Source: TPA_inf: Saccharomyces (Eukaryota). Taken from it: a stretch of 64,000 nt of DNA. Position numbers and translations under genes: made by a program. The stretch spans positions 448,001 to 512,000 of the forward strand of contig BK006943.2 in NCBI GenBank assembly GCA_000146045.2. The letters are read 5' to 3'. Shown here one piece after another: positions 12,419 to 23,671 of this stretch. The notes beneath the pieces were generated by a model. That model made no database searches, was not told the DNA's origin, and worked only from the letters and a program-made list of their open reading frames with translations. The stretch's first letter is position 1. Each line of letters opens with the position of its first letter.

Positions 12419-13593
12419 TCTTGGTAAGAGTCGGATTTTTTCTTTTTGGCATTTACCAGGACGCTAATTTCAAAGTGAGGTACACTGATATCGACTATTT
12501 TGTGTTTCATGATGCTGCTAAATATGTATACGAAGGCAAATCACCTTATGCAAGGGATACATATCGTTACACACCGCTACTAAGTTGGCTGCTAGTGCCT
12601 AATCATTATTTTGGATGGTTTCATTTGGGGAAGGTCATATTTGTTATTTTCGATTTGGTTACTGGGCTCATTATAATGAAGCTTTTGAACCAGGCCATCT
12701 CCAGAAAAAGAGCTTTAATATTGGAAAGCATTTGGCTATTGAATCCGATGGTTATCACCATCAGTACAAGGGGAAACGCTGAAAGCGTGCTTTGCTGTTT
12801 GATCATGTTCACGCTTTTTTTTCTACAAAAGAGTAGATACACCCTAGCTGGAATCTTATATGGTCTTTCTATCCATTTCAAAATATATCCAATCATATAT
12901 TGTATCCCAATAGCAATTTTTATATACTACAATAAAAGAAACCAGGGTCCACGAACACAACTTACATCGCTACTCAATATCGGTTTGAGTACTCTAACAA
13001 CTTTGCTTGGATGTGGTTGGGCAATGTACAAGATATACGGATACGAGTTTCTGGATCAGGCATACTTGTACCACTTATACAGAACGGATCACAGACACAA
13101 TTTTTCAGTGTGGAACATGCTATTGTATTTAGATTCTGCAAATAAGGAAAATGGTGAGTCCAATCTCTCAAGGTACGCATTTGTGCCTCAATTGCTGCTT
13201 GTTTTAGTAACTGGATGTCTTGAATGGTGGAATCCCACATTCGATAACCTATTGAGGGTTTTATTTGTGCAGACGTTCGCATTTGTGACATATAATAAAG
13301 TGTGCACATCGCAATATTTTGTTTGGTACCTGATCTTTCTACCATTTTACCTCTCAAGAACGCACATTGGTTGGAAGAAGGGGCTTTTAATGGCCACGCT
13401 TTGGGTAGGAACGCAGGGAATTTGGTTAAGCCAAGGTTACTATTTGGAATTCGAAGGCAAGAATGTATTCTATCCTGGACTATTTATTGCAAGCGTGTTA
13501 TTTTTCGTCACCAATGTGTGGCTACTGGGTCAATTTATTACTGATATTAAGATACCGACGCAACCCACAGTTTCCAACAAAAAGAACAACTGA
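12382..13593 (+). CDS. GPI14: GPI mannosyltransferase I (PIG-M family), 403 aa, multi-pass membrane protein.
   Basis: Full ORF. The sequence matches GPI14 (YJR013W). Confidence 0.85.
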   Translation: MTGEEWGLTVLSFLVRVGFFLFGIYQDANFKVRYTDIDYFVFHDAAKYVYEGKSPYARDTYRYTPLLSWLLVPNHYFGWFHLGKVIFVIFDLVTGLIIMKLLNQAISRKRALILESIWLLNPMVITISTRGNAESVLCCLIMFTLFFLQKSRYTLAGILYGLSIHFKIYPIIYCIPIAIFIYYNKRNQGPRTQLTSLLNIGLSTLTTLLGCGWAMYKIYGYEFLDQAYLYHLYRTDHRHNFSVWNMLLYLDSANKENGESNLSRYAFVPQLLLVLVTGCLEWWNPTFDNLLRVLFVQTFAFVTYNKVCTSQYFVWYLIFLPFYLSRTHIGWKKGLLMATLWVGTQGIWLSQGYYLEFEGKNVFYPGLFIASVLFFVTNVWLLGQFITDIKIPTQPTVSNKKNN

Positions 13594-13828
13594 CTGACGT
13601 GAACTTGCACCATGTACATCAATTCTATAAATCTACTCATATAATGAATGTGTAAATATGAAAAAAAAAATGCAAAAGCGCACCACCAAAAGAGAAAAAA
13701 GCTGAAAAAAAAAAGGAAAAAGATACTTGATGTGATGTGTGAGTGAAAAAATTATTAATTCCTACTGGATAAAATCACCCCAAGGAAACAGTTCAAGAGC
13801 TAAACTAAAGAAAAGCATATTGCATAAA

Positions 13829-14425
13829 ATGTTAAGAGAAGTCATCTATTGTGGAATTTGCTCCTACCCACCAGAGTACTGCGAGTTTTCAGGAAAATTA
13901 AAGCGTTGTAAAGTTTGGTTATCTGAAAACCACGCAGACCTTTATGCAAAGCTATACGGTACTGACGATAATACGCAAGAGGTGGAAGCCGTGACCAACA
14001 AACTGGCTGAATCCAGTATTGGCGAAGCTAGAGAGGAAAAGTTGGAAAAGGACTTGCTGAAAATTCAAAAAAAACAGGAAAACAGGGAACAAAGAGAATT
14101 AGCTAAGAAGCTGTCATCGAAAGTGATCATTAAAAGAGAAGCTAGGACCAAGAGAAAGTTTATCGTCGCTATCTCTGGGCTGGAAGTTTTCGACATCGAC
14201 ATGAAAAAGCTAGCCAAGACATTTGCGTCTAGGTTCGCCACAGGGTGCTCAGTCTCGAAAAATGCAGAGAAAAAAGAAGAAGTTGTCATTCAAGGTGACG
14301 TGATGGATGAAGTGGAAACTTACATACATTCCTTGCTGGAAGAAAAAGGCCTAAAGGACGTCAAAGTGGAAACCATCGATGCTAAGAAGAAGAAAAAGCC
14401 TGCTGCAGAAGGAGCTGCCAAGTAA
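13829..14425 (+). CDS. TMA22: DENR/DRP-like SUI1-domain translation factor, 198 aa.
   Basis: The ORF is open from 13739, but the true start is the Met at residue 31 (MLREVIYCGICSYPPEYCEF…). The product has a C-terminal SUI1 domain and matches TMA22 (YJR014W) at 198 aa. Confidence 0.8.
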   Translation: MLREVIYCGICSYPPEYCEFSGKLKRCKVWLSENHADLYAKLYGTDDNTQEVEAVTNKLAESSIGEAREEKLEKDLLKIQKKQENREQRELAKKLSSKVIIKREARTKRKFIVAISGLEVFDIDMKKLAKTFASRFATGCSVSKNAEKKEEVVIQGDVMDEVETYIHSLLEEKGLKDVKVETIDAKKKKKPAAEGAAK

Positions 14426-14720
14426 GCAATCCATAAATATGTAATAGCACCGTTCTGGGAGAAAAGGACTTTTTACTTGGTAACCAGGCGTGTAGGTTAG
14501 ATAGTCAAACCCTATATCGTTCTTGAGATCGTCGCTCATATATACTGTGCAGCCGGCCCTCGTGCGCCTGCGCCGTTCCTTCTCTGAAACCTTCGTAGTA
14601 GGACAATAAATATAGTCCCCATTGCCTATTCAAATTATTTGCAACCGAAAAACTGCAAAATTTGTTGTTGACCATAGGCGTACAAAACACAACTCAATCC
14701 AGCCGTAAGTAAGTATAGTT

Positions 14721-16253
14721 ATGACTTCATCTCTAGATGATATAGAACCAACAGCATATAATAATATGGAAGCGGACGAGGAATATTGCAGACGCAACGA
14801 TATACATGACCTTTCCAGCGTGGTCGGTGATGCTGTCTCACAAGGTGTGCCAGACATGGATGGTCAAACAACGGATTCTTCGAAGGACCCTGAGCCAAAT
14901 TCCGAGGATAAGAAAGCGTTTCCTCCTTCGAGTGGCTCATTTTTTTCTCCTAATCTACAGGGTCAAAGGAAGAAAGTTCTTTTAAAGTTTGTTTTCACAA
15001 ATTGCTTACTGGCCATAATTTGCTTTACAATGTTTGTGTTGTTCTGGGGGGCTCTTTACGACACCAGCAAGTATCTACACAAAGTTAAGCTTCTGGTTGT
15101 TATCCAGGAACCCCCTGTGGTAATTTTGGATAATAACAGTTCCATGGTAGTGCCCTCCATATCGTATGCTTTGCCTACTTTTATCAATAAAATACCATGT
15201 GATTGGGATATTTATAACAGTCCTACCTTCCAGGCCAAGTTCGACGTAAATACGCCACAGCAAGTCAATGACAAGGTTGTCGATTTGGTTTACGACGAAA
15301 AATACTGGTTTGCCATTAATATCAAGCCAAACGCCACGGAGACTCTATTTGAATCACTAATCAACGATACCGCACCACTATTCAATTCTACGCTGTTTAA
15401 TCAGGTGGTATATGAAACTGGTAGAGACCCGACAAACCTAAAATCAACGATTTTACCGGTTGCTCAGACCATTGAAGAGTACTACCATACATTCTACACA
15501 CTAAATTATCTGCCGCCGTTATTGACAAACATAACCCAGGTATATCGTTATGCACTAACTAACAATGCAAGGTATATCGCTGCAGCAGGTAAATATAACT
15601 ACGAATACTATGACCACAGACCATTCACAGACCGTATTCTACTGGCACCCACACAAATCGGTGTTGTTTACTGTTTACTGCTAACTTTTTTCCAATTTCT
15701 ATTGTACGGCCCATTACACGTAGAAATGGCAAAAGTGCTAAGACCAGCCAACGGTTTAATTTACCGTATCGCTATGTCATGGTTCACCTTTTTCTTTGCG
15801 TCTTTGTTCTTCTGCACAACAACCGCCATCTTTCAAGTCGATTTTACCAAGTCCTTTGGTAGAGGTGGCTTCGTCGTATATTGGATGTCTACGTGGCTCT
15901 TCATGCTTGCTGCGGGAGGAGCTAACGAAAATGCGGTTATGCTTGTTATTACGTTAGGACCCCAGTATCTCGGGTTCTGGATCCTATCATTTGTCATTCT
16001 CAATATTGCACCTTCTTTCTTCCCATTAGCGCTAAACAATAATGTTTATAGATATGGGTACATGATGCCCGTTCACAACGTCATCGATATCTACAGGGTT
16101 ATTTTTTTTGACGTGACAAGACGCAAGATGGGTCGGAATTATGGTATTTTAGTCGCACTCATTGCCTTGAATACGGCACTGTTACCATTTGTTGGCAAGT
16201 ATGCTAGTAGAAAACTAAAACAGAAGGCTTTAGTGGCAGCAAAGCAGAGTTAA
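14721..16253 (+). CDS. Uncharacterised multi-pass membrane protein, 510 aa (YJR015W).
   Basis: Full ORF with several hydrophobic segments in the C-terminal half. The position matches YJR015W. Confidence 0.75.
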   Translation: MTSSLDDIEPTAYNNMEADEEYCRRNDIHDLSSVVGDAVSQGVPDMDGQTTDSSKDPEPNSEDKKAFPPSSGSFFSPNLQGQRKKVLLKFVFTNCLLAIICFTMFVLFWGALYDTSKYLHKVKLLVVIQEPPVVILDNNSSMVVPSISYALPTFINKIPCDWDIYNSPTFQAKFDVNTPQQVNDKVVDLVYDEKYWFAINIKPNATETLFESLINDTAPLFNSTLFNQVVYETGRDPTNLKSTILPVAQTIEEYYHTFYTLNYLPPLLTNITQVYRYALTNNARYIAAAGKYNYEYYDHRPFTDRILLAPTQIGVVYCLLLTFFQFLLYGPLHVEMAKVLRPANGLIYRIAMSWFTFFFASLFFCTTTAIFQVDFTKSFGRGGFVVYWMSTWLFMLAAGGANENAVMLVITLGPQYLGFWILSFVILNIAPSFFPLALNNNVYRYGYMMPVHNVIDIYRVIFFDVTRRKMGRNYGILVALIALNTALLPFVGKYASRKLKQKALVAAKQS

Positions 16254-16450
16254 TTTCGTAGATTATAATTAAGGCGACTTTTCAAATAAAAAAATACTGA
16301 TCGTTGTTTTTTTTTAAATAAATGTTTATCCATTCAATGGACTATAATAAATATTTATATATATATATATATGAAAAGATTGCGAACAAAAAAGATGATG
16401 GAAAAGGAGAATCTCTATATATATATTCATCGATTGGGGCCTATAATGCA

Positions 16451-18208
16451 TCAAGCATCTAAAACACAACCGTTGGAAGCGTTGGAAACCAACTTAGCAT
16501 ACTTGGATAGAGTACCTCTTGTGTAACGAGGTGGAGGTGCAACCCAACTTTGTTTACGTTGAGCCATTTCCTTATCAGAGACTAATAGGTCAATCTTGTT
16601 ATTATCAGCATCAATGATAATCTCATCGCCGTCTCTGACCAACCCGATAGGACCACCTTCAGCGGCTTCGGGAACAATGTGGCCGATTAAGAACCCGTGA
16701 GAACCACCAGAGAATCTACCATCAGTCAACAATGCAACATCTTTACCCAAACCGTAACCCATCAGAGCAGAGGAAGGCTTTAGCATTTCAGGCATACCTG
16801 GTGCACCTCTTGGACCTTCATATCTGATAACAACAACGGTTTTTTCACCCTTCTTGATTTCACCTCTTTCCAAGGCTTCAATAAAGGCACCTTCCTCTTC
16901 GAACACACGTGCTCTACCCTTGAAGTAAGTACCTTCCTTACCGGTAATTTTACCCACAGCTCCACCTGGTGCCAATGAACCGTACAGAATTTGCAAGTGA
17001 CCGTTGGCCTTGATTGGGTGGGAGAGTGGCTTAATAATCTCTTGTCCTTCAGGTAGGCTTGGTGCTTTCTTTGCACGTTCTGCCAAAGTGTCACCGGTAA
17101 CAGTCATTGTGTTACCGTGCAACATGTTGTTTTCATATAGATACTTAATCACAGATTGGGTACCACCAACGTTAATCAAATCGGCCATGACGTATTTACC
17201 AGAAGGTTTGAAGTCACCGATCAATGGTGTAGTATCACTGATTCTTTGGAAATCATCTGGTGACAACTTGACACCCGCAGAGTGAGCAACAGCCACCAAA
17301 TGCAAAACAGCATTAGTGGACCCACCGGTTGCAACGACATAAGTAATGGCGTTTTCAAAAGCCTCTTTTGTGAGGATATCACGAGGTAAAATACCCAATT
17401 CCATTGTCTTCTTGATGTATTCACCAATGTTGTCACACTCAGCTAACTTCTCCTTGGAAACGGCTGGGAAGGAAGAGGAGTTTGGAATGGTCAAACCTAG
17501 CACTTCAGCGGCAGAAGCCATTGTGTTGGCAGTATACATACCACCACAAGAACCAGGACCTGGGCATGCATGTTCCACAACATCTTCTCTTTCTTCTTCA
17601 GTGAATTGCTTGGAAATATATTCACCGTAGGATTGGAACGCAGAGACGATATCGATGTTTTTAGAGATCTTCGAAGAACCACATGTTGGATGACCGGGCA
17701 AGATAGTACCACCATATACCATGATGGAAGGTCTGTTATGTCTACCCATGGCCATCATGACACCGGGCATGTTTTTGTCACATGATGGGATGGCGATGTT
17801 AGCATCGTAGTGTTGTGCCATCATGATGGTTTCAAAGGAGTCTGCAATGATTTCTCTACTTTGTAACGAGTATCTCATACCTTTAGTACCCATAGAGATA
17901 CCGTCTGAAACACCGATGGTGTTGAACTGCATAGCTTTCAAACCCGCTTTTTCAATGGATTGAGAACATCTGTTATTCAAGTCCAATAGATGCATGTTAC
18001 ATGGGTTACCGGACCACCAACAGGAACCAACCCCGACTTGAGGCTTCTTGAAATCTTCCTTCTTGAAACCGGTGGCATAAAGCATGGCCTGGGACGCACC
18101 TTGGCCCTTAGGTTCAGTGATGATATACGAGTACTTGTTGAGCTTCTTTGCAACGCATCTCGTTGTAGAGAATTGTCTAGATGTAGCAACTTTCGTTAAC
18201 AAGCCCAT
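16451..18208 (-). CDS. ILV3: Dihydroxy-acid dehydratase (ILV/ED family), 585 aa, mitochondrial.
   Basis: Full ORF with IlvD/EDD family motifs (CDKNMPG, SGGSHG). The product matches ILV3 (YJR016C). Confidence 0.95.
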   Translation of the reverse strand: MGLLTKVATSRQFSTTRCVAKKLNKYSYIITEPKGQGASQAMLYATGFKKEDFKKPQVGVGSCWWSGNPCNMHLLDLNNRCSQSIEKAGLKAMQFNTIGVSDGISMGTKGMRYSLQSREIIADSFETIMMAQHYDANIAIPSCDKNMPGVMMAMGRHNRPSIMVYGGTILPGHPTCGSSKISKNIDIVSAFQSYGEYISKQFTEEEREDVVEHACPGPGSCGGMYTANTMASAAEVLGLTIPNSSSFPAVSKEKLAECDNIGEYIKKTMELGILPRDILTKEAFENAITYVVATGGSTNAVLHLVAVAHSAGVKLSPDDFQRISDTTPLIGDFKPSGKYVMADLINVGGTQSVIKYLYENNMLHGNTMTVTGDTLAERAKKAPSLPEGQEIIKPLSHPIKANGHLQILYGSLAPGGAVGKITGKEGTYFKGRARVFEEEGAFIEALERGEIKKGEKTVVVIRYEGPRGAPGMPEMLKPSSALMGYGLGKDVALLTDGRFSGGSHGFLIGHIVPEAAEGGPIGLVRDGDEIIIDADNNKIDLLVSDKEMAQRKQSWVAPPPRYTRGTLSKYAKLVSNASNGCVLDA

Positions 18209-18336
18209 CTCTACTTTTTTCTTGGCTGTTTACAAAAAAATACAAGAATCCGTTACTAAAGATTACAGGCGCTACAATGCATAATAAAACTTCAGTCTCT
18301 TCTTTTGTTACATTATATAATATACTACTATATTAC

Positions 18337-18343
18337 TGAGTCA
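18337..18343. promoter_or_regulatory. Gcn4 response element TGAGTCA.
   Basis: Exact TGA(G/C)TCA about 130 bp upstream of the ILV3 ATG. ILV genes are under general amino-acid control. Confidence 0.5.
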
Positions 18344-18520
18344 TCTGGAGAGGAAAAGAGAAAATTTTTTTTCAGGCCCGGTTCCGCTCGCAGCGAAGAA
18401 CAGCGCCATTTAACTATGTGACTAGTTAATTTTTTTTCTTTTCATGGGTTCAGCGAGGACGGAATGGATACAAGAGGGAATAAGAACATAAAAAGGTGAG
18501 GTGGAGAAGCAAATGCCAAC

Positions 18521-19033
18521 CTAACCTACCCGCTTGATCACATGAACACCGCTTCCTGATTCAACGATATCGCTTACCTCGCCGACCTTGAGCTGGAAGG
18601 CAGCGTCTTCAAAGCTAGGCTGCATCTCGCCTCTCCCGAACCAGCCGAGGTCGCCGCCTCGCTTGTATGAAGAGCAATCTGATCTCTCTTTAGCCAGGGC
18701 CTCGAAGGAGTTCGTCTTAGAGTCGTCATCCAACCTCGTGATTAAGGTTTTCAGTTCGTCCGTAGCGTCTTGCTTGGATATCGTAATGTTCTCGGATCTA
18801 TGCGATGCGGGTCTTCTTGAATCCTTGTGCTTGATGAGAATGTGCAGGCATCTTACACGCACTGGATGGTCTCTTAAGTGCTTGTGTAGCTGGTCCTTGT
18901 TGGTGCCCTCAGGCTCCTCCCATTGCGAGTGCTTCGTCTCTGGATTGAAAAAATACTCTCTTTTCTTGGACTTACTATACCTGACGGTCCACGGGGTTGG
19001 CAGCCCGGTCCTCGATGCTACGTCAGATGGCAT
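18521..19033 (-). CDS. ESS1: Parvulin-type peptidyl-prolyl isomerase (Pin1 homologue) with a WW domain, 170 aa.
   Basis: The ORF is open from 19093, but the true start is the Met at residue 21 (MPSDVASRTGLPTPWTVRYS…). A WW domain is followed by a PPIase domain, and the product matches ESS1 (YJR017C). Confidence 0.85.
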   Translation of the reverse strand: MPSDVASRTGLPTPWTVRYSKSKKREYFFNPETKHSQWEEPEGTNKDQLHKHLRDHPVRVRCLHILIKHKDSRRPASHRSENITISKQDATDELKTLITRLDDDSKTNSFEALAKERSDCSSYKRGGDLGWFGRGEMQPSFEDAAFQLKVGEVSDIVESGSGVHVIKRVG

Positions 19034-19231
19034 TGGTGCGTCGTTGTGGTGCCGTAGTCGGTTATGCGTGGGAATAAGTACCACAATGATCATTCAGGTC
19101 CTTTTTCTACTTAGATCGAAGGGAAAAAGGTATGATACCCGCTCGTGAAAGGTGATGTAATAATAAATAGGATATTATTATATAATATAAGAATATATAT
19201 GTATGTGTTTATACGTGGGAGGGAATTGTCC

Positions 19232-20281
19232 TCAGAACTTGGCTCGAATGTCTCGTTCTGACCCGTAGACAACGTAGCCCTCCTGAGAGACGCTTGCCAT
19301 GATGCGTCCCGACTGTGTGTCGAAATACTTGCCCTGTACGAGGTGCTTGTCCCAGTGGGACCTGGGATTCGAAATCTTAAGATAGATCCAATTGTTCACA
19401 TGAGGCAACTGGTGAAAGTAAATCGTGTGGTCGAGCGAGACACTGAAACTGTGGCAGTACAAAGGCAGGTTGTGGAAGTACGGGATCGTGAGTAGGAGGT
19501 AGGAATCGGACAGATACGCAAAGGCCACGTAGTTGTAGCGAGCGTCGTTCTCAGGAGTAATGCTCTTCGGGATCCTGTACGGATGATGCTTGTGTAAAGA
19601 AGACTCGTCGCCCGCGTGCTCCACGGTAGTGATGGGAGGTCTCACTTTGACGAAATAATCCAGCTCGTCGGTGTGTCTTGCCGAGTAGAACATGTCCTTG
19701 GGGAATTGGTACTCCATGACTCCGTATTGAAACGCATCCACATACTTGCTCATCGAGGTTGCGTCTTGGAACCTGTCGGACAATGAGGCATACCTGCTCA
19801 ATTTCTGTGGGTCCAGAACTTCTTTCTGGAAAAGCGAAGTGGCCTCTTCATAACGATGAGGGTCTGGCTGCTTACCTTGCAGGCCTGGAATCGTCTCCCA
19901 GTGCTGCAAGGAGTCGTGCTCCTTGGACCGTTGCACGGCAAATAAGATCATCGACGTAAATATCAACTTGTCGTGCTGATAAGCACTAACCTGCTTATGG
20001 ATGAAATTTCTACCGTTTCTCAGATTCTGCACATGGTACGTGATCTTGGTCCGCGGATCACCACCCTTGATGAAATACGAATGTAGCGATGTGGGGAAGA
20101 AGTTCAATGGCACAGTATGCAATGACGCCAGCAGCGATTGTGATACCAGCGTTCCACCAAAAGTGCCCTTAGACCCTACGGGCGCGGCAGGCAGATACTT
20201 TGTGACAAAACTGGTAGGCGAAAGAGGAACCAGTTCCAATATTTTCTCTAGGTTGGACATGGCCATTTTGGAAGCACTCAT
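19232..20281 (-). CDS. TES1: Peroxisomal acyl-CoA thioesterase, 349 aa, ending in the PTS1 tripeptide -AKF.
   Basis: Full ORF with a thioesterase II fold and C-terminal AKF. The product matches TES1 (YJR019C). Confidence 0.85.
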   Translation of the reverse strand: MSASKMAMSNLEKILELVPLSPTSFVTKYLPAAPVGSKGTFGGTLVSQSLLASLHTVPLNFFPTSLHSYFIKGGDPRTKITYHVQNLRNGRNFIHKQVSAYQHDKLIFTSMILFAVQRSKEHDSLQHWETIPGLQGKQPDPHRYEEATSLFQKEVLDPQKLSRYASLSDRFQDATSMSKYVDAFQYGVMEYQFPKDMFYSARHTDELDYFVKVRPPITTVEHAGDESSLHKHHPYRIPKSITPENDARYNYVAFAYLSDSYLLLTIPYFHNLPLYCHSFSVSLDHTIYFHQLPHVNNWIYLKISNPRSHWDKHLVQGKYFDTQSGRIMASVSQEGYVVYGSERDIRAKF

Positions 20282-20387
20282 TTTTATGCAATCTTGTCTT
20301 ATCTTGTCTTGCTCATGGTGGATACTGAATTGAAACCCTTTTCTGGTTTATATCCAACTGGCGTGGTTTTTCATTGTAGGATGAGGC

Positions 20388-20410
20388 TCGGTGTTTATGC
20401 CGTCTCTTCC
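20388..20410. promoter_or_regulatory. Oleate response element (CGGN3TNAN9-12CCG) upstream of TES1.
   Basis: CGGtgtTtAtgccgtctcttCCG fits the Pip2-Oaf1 ORE consensus with an 11-nt spacer. It lies about 110 bp upstream of the TES1 ATG. Confidence 0.55.
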
Positions 20411-20554
20411 GAGGATGCAATCAAAGGCTCTCTCCTTTGTTGGGGTAGTAGCAAGTCCAATAAGCAACGCTTGTTTGTTGATTGGGCCGATTTACATAGC
20501 CTATACACTGCTGTTACATATGCCTGTGTAGAATGAAAAAGCAGGACGCCCGTT

Positions 20555-21183
20555 TCACAGCTCAGATTCCAGAGTGTCGGGTCTTAGTTCCTCCCAGGGA
20601 ATAATGGTCCTGGCCGCACGCTTCAGCCGATGGCTAGCGTCATCATTGTCTTCGCTATTGTGGTTTTGGCTGGTGGATAGGGTTGGGGAGCTGGATCTTC
20701 TGCGTTTCATGGACCTTGTGACCATCATTCTTGGTGGCGGCACGGACTTCTTACGCTGCTTATCGTGGGCTTCGTCCATATCGTGCAGGAGTGTGGTGCC
20801 ATTCAGAGACACATCCGGGCGATCGTAGGCGTGATCTGCCTTTTCTCGAAACGCCATCTCTAGAGCAGTCTGGCGGGTTTGTAGACTGTGCATGTCTTTG
20901 GATAGAGACAGGAGCACTTTATGCACGTCCTCCAGTTGGCTGCCGACGTTGAAGAGCATCTCCTGGGTGCACCTCATCGACTTTTCCGTCTCATGCTGCT
21001 TGTTAGTTACGTGTCGCGTTATCTTGGAATTATACCTGCTTATTTCTTCGACTAATACCTGCCTGTAGCTGGAATCCGACTTTGTCTTCTTCTCGTCGCC
21101 TTTCGATAACATTGCTGTTGACACTTTGTCCAGTTGGTTTTCAATCTGGGAAGCCAAATCCTTTATTAAGGTTTTCACGTTTC
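20555..21183 (-). CDS. REC107: Meiotic recombination protein Mer2/Rec107, exon 2. Its first codon is split across the intron.
   Basis: Splicing at 21264/21183 joins the two ORFs into the 314-aa Mer2 protein (…DAATNG|NVKTLIKD…). Confidence 0.85.
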
Positions 21184-21263
21184 CTATACTACAGTTGTTA
21201 GTAAATGTGTTTTGGAAGAAAATGAATAAAAAACTTGAGGGTATGCACTGTGTTGGTACGAAC
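21184..21263 (-). other. REC107: 80-nt intron of REC107/MER2 with a non-canonical 5' splice site, a TACTAAC branch point and a Mer1 enhancer.
   Basis: On the minus strand the intron runs from the 5' splice site GTTCGT at its start (plus 21263..21258) through TTTACTAACAACTGTAGTATAG to the 3' AG. The Mer1 enhancer ATACCCTC lies at 21237..21244. Removing it restores the reading frame. Confidence 0.85.
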
Positions 21264-21579
21264 CGTTCGTAGCAGCATCTTGTTCCAGTAGCTGGTTAAA
21301 CTTGTTTAGCGATTTACATAATGTCTTAGAATTTTCATTTAAAACTTTAATTAGCTTGTCAGAGTTTTCCCTCAGCTCCATACTCTCCAATTCCAGTTTA
21401 CCTGCCCATTCCAGTATCTGCTTGTCCGATTCCTCTAAAGCGCCTGCATTCGCTACTTTCCCACTGTGGGAGAATATAGATCTGAACGGTGATGATGTTT
21501 CTGTAATCATCAACGAGTGTTCAGAATTAGCCTCTGAAACATCTGTAGATATCTCGTCTGTTCTACCTCTAGCGACCAT
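21264..21579 (-). CDS. REC107: REC107/MER2 exon 1 (105 codons plus 1 nt).
   Basis: The ORF starts [14 protein letters not shown]… and ends at the GTTCGT donor. Confidence 0.85.
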
Positions 21580-21783
21580 TTTACTAAATGTTTCTACACG
21601 TCTGCAGTATCCTTGTTTTGCTTGTTTTCCTTCTTTCTGTTCTTGTTGATTTTCCCTTTAAGTCCTGAAAATACTATCATGGCGTAAAGGGAAAAAAAAA
21701 AACTAATCTTACGTGGTTCTTATAAGATGGACCAGCAAGCTGCATACAGTACACCATACAAGAAGAACACACTATCGTGCACC

Positions 21784-22113
21784 ATGTCAGCCACCTTGAA
21801 AGACTACTTAAATAAAAGAGTTGTTATAATCAAAGTTGACGGCGAATGCCTCATAGCAAGCCTAAACGGCTTCGACAAAAATACTAATCTATTCATAACC
21901 AATGTTTTCAACCGCATAAGCAAGGAATTCATCTGCAAGGCACAGTTACTTCGAGGCAGCGAGATTGCTCTTGTTGGCCTCATAGATGCAGAAAATGATG
22001 ACAGTCTAGCTCCTATAGACGAAAAGAAGGTCCCAATGCTAAAGGACACCAAGAATAAAATCGAAAATGAGCATGTAATATGGGAAAAAGTGTACGAATC
22101 AAAGACAAAATAA
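21784..22113 (+). CDS. LSM8: U6 snRNA-associated Sm-like protein, 109 aa.
   Basis: The ORF is open from 21727, but the true start is the Met at residue 20 (MSATLKDYLNKRVVIIKVDGE…). The product has an Sm fold and matches LSM8 (YJR022W). Confidence 0.8.
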   Translation: MSATLKDYLNKRVVIIKVDGECLIASLNGFDKNTNLFITNVFNRISKEFICKAQLLRGSEIALVGLIDAENDDSLAPIDEKKVPMLKDTKNKIENEHVIWEKVYESKTK

Positions 22114-22122
22114 TATAGTTGC

Positions 22123-22126
22123 AATA

Positions 22127-22180
<54 letters not shown>
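22123..22180. repeat. (TAA)n trinucleotide microsatellite, about 17 pure units.
   Basis: aataatag followed by (taa)16-17, immediately 3' of the LSM8 stop. On the minus strand it is translated as the poly-Leu run of a spurious ORF. Confidence 0.95.
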
Positions 22181-22181
<1 letters not shown>

Positions 22182-22229
22182 CATGTATAGAAGTATATAA
22201 ATCATACAATAAATTTAAGCATTAACCCG

Positions 22230-22964
22230 TCACGGACTGGCCATCTTCAGATGCTTCTTCTCTTCGCCAATGCCACAGTCGGGAGGAATCCCCATTTGGT
22301 ACATCTTTATGGCCAGCTCCATCAAATAATCGATGGCTTCGTTGAAAATTTTGGCCTTATCGATTGTCGGACCCCAAACAAAAATGCCATGTCTCCTCAC
22401 AATTACGGCGCATGTGTCTGGATAATCTTTAAAAGTCTTGTGCAAGTCATCGATCAACTCGTCCTCATGCGCCATGTTTTCAATGATGGGAATCTTCAGC
22501 GTATCAAAAAACGATAGCGCCATGGGTTTCTTGGTCACAGGGTCCACCTTTCCGCTTGGAATTGCTTTGATTTGTTCGATGTTAGCAATCCTGAACTCAT
22601 CGCCAAATAGCAAGGAGCATATCACAGCATTTTGGGAGTGTGTATGTATTATAGCACCTGCATTTTTCTTTTGGTAGCACGCTAAGAACAATGGAGTACA
22701 TGCGCTTGGCTTGTAAAGCTTGGGAGAGCGCAAATACTCTAATGTCTGAGCGTCCATGACAAACAAATCCTCAGGTATCATCTTCTCCTTCTGCACCCCA
22801 GATGGGGCGAGATAATAATAATTCGTGTTAGGATCTTTTATTGAAATCCCACCTCCAGTTCCGGTGCACCAATTATTATGAAAAAACTGCTTGCATAGCG
22901 TGCAAATGAGATTTGCTGGATGGCACGGATCATCTGAATGTATCAGAACATCTTGTGAAGACAT
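22230..22964 (-). CDS. MDE1: Methylthioribulose-1-phosphate dehydratase (class II aldolase/adducin family) of the methionine salvage pathway, 244 aa.
   Basis: Full ORF with a class II aldolase fold. The product matches MDE1 (YJR024C). Confidence 0.85.
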   Translation of the reverse strand: MSSQDVLIHSDDPCHPANLICTLCKQFFHNNWCTGTGGGISIKDPNTNYYYLAPSGVQKEKMIPEDLFVMDAQTLEYLRSPKLYKPSACTPLFLACYQKKNAGAIIHTHSQNAVICSLLFGDEFRIANIEQIKAIPSGKVDPVTKKPMALSFFDTLKIPIIENMAHEDELIDDLHKTFKDYPDTCAVIVRRHGIFVWGPTIDKAKIFNEAIDYLMELAIKMYQMGIPPDCGIGEEKKHLKMASP

Positions 22965-23137
22965 AGTCGTTCACTGGCTCCCCTTGTTAGTTCAGTGCTT
23001 AAAAACGTTACATATCTTGATGAACAGCTAGCTGCTTTGATCAAGAGAAAAAAAAAAAAAATTGGCACCGCATCTTAGTGCCGCAATCTTACGTAACAAG
23101 AGAGCTATAAAAGTACAACTAACAACTCTTCTAATAC

Positions 23138-23671
23138 TTAATTAGATTGAGGGCGTGCGTAGTTTAACGTCTTGCAATGGAAACATGTCCTCTTTTCGAC
23201 ATCATTTTCAAAATCTAAAATGGCTTCTTTCACTTGGGTACCTAAGTCTAACATTTGCAGTTCACTCTCGTGGACCACTTGGCGACAATGAGAACAGTAC
23301 CACCTTATCTTATCGTTTTCTCCCCCAGGCCTATCTTGTTCCACAACAATACCCACAGTATCAGCAAACCGAACAGGACTGTGAGGAACATTTCCTGGCA
23401 ATAAATATGAATCGCCTTCATTGATGATGATATCAATGAACTTTGGTTCAGCGTCTGTCTCATCCACAACCTTTAAAAGCATAGATCCTTTTTTTTGATA
23501 GAACCATTCGGGAGTTGGATTGATGTGATAACCGGTTCTTTCATTAGGCCCACCGACAATCATCACAGTGAATCCCCCTTTATGTAAGCAATAATTATTC
23601 ACCGGTGGTTTCAAAAGGCCTTCGTTCTCCTTCAACCATTTGTCGATATTAATTGGTGTAGTATTAAACAT
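23138..23671 (-). CDS. BNA1: 3-hydroxyanthranilate 3,4-dioxygenase (cupin) of NAD biosynthesis, 177 aa.
   Basis: Full ORF with a cupin fold. The product matches BNA1 (YJR025C). Confidence 0.9.

Noticed and set aside
18588-19148. 186-aa plus-strand ORF antisense to ESS1, and similar antisense ORFs over TES1 at 19759..20333.
   Set aside because: They are fully contained within well-supported genes on the opposite strand. Their composition is not protein-like (Ser/Leu/Cys-rich), so they are likely spurious.
21804-22205. 133-aa minus-strand ORF with a (Leu)27 run overlapping LSM8.
   Set aside because: The poly-Leu stretch is simply the (TAA)n microsatellite read on the other strand. The rest is antisense to LSM8. 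It is a dubious, YJR023C-type ORF.
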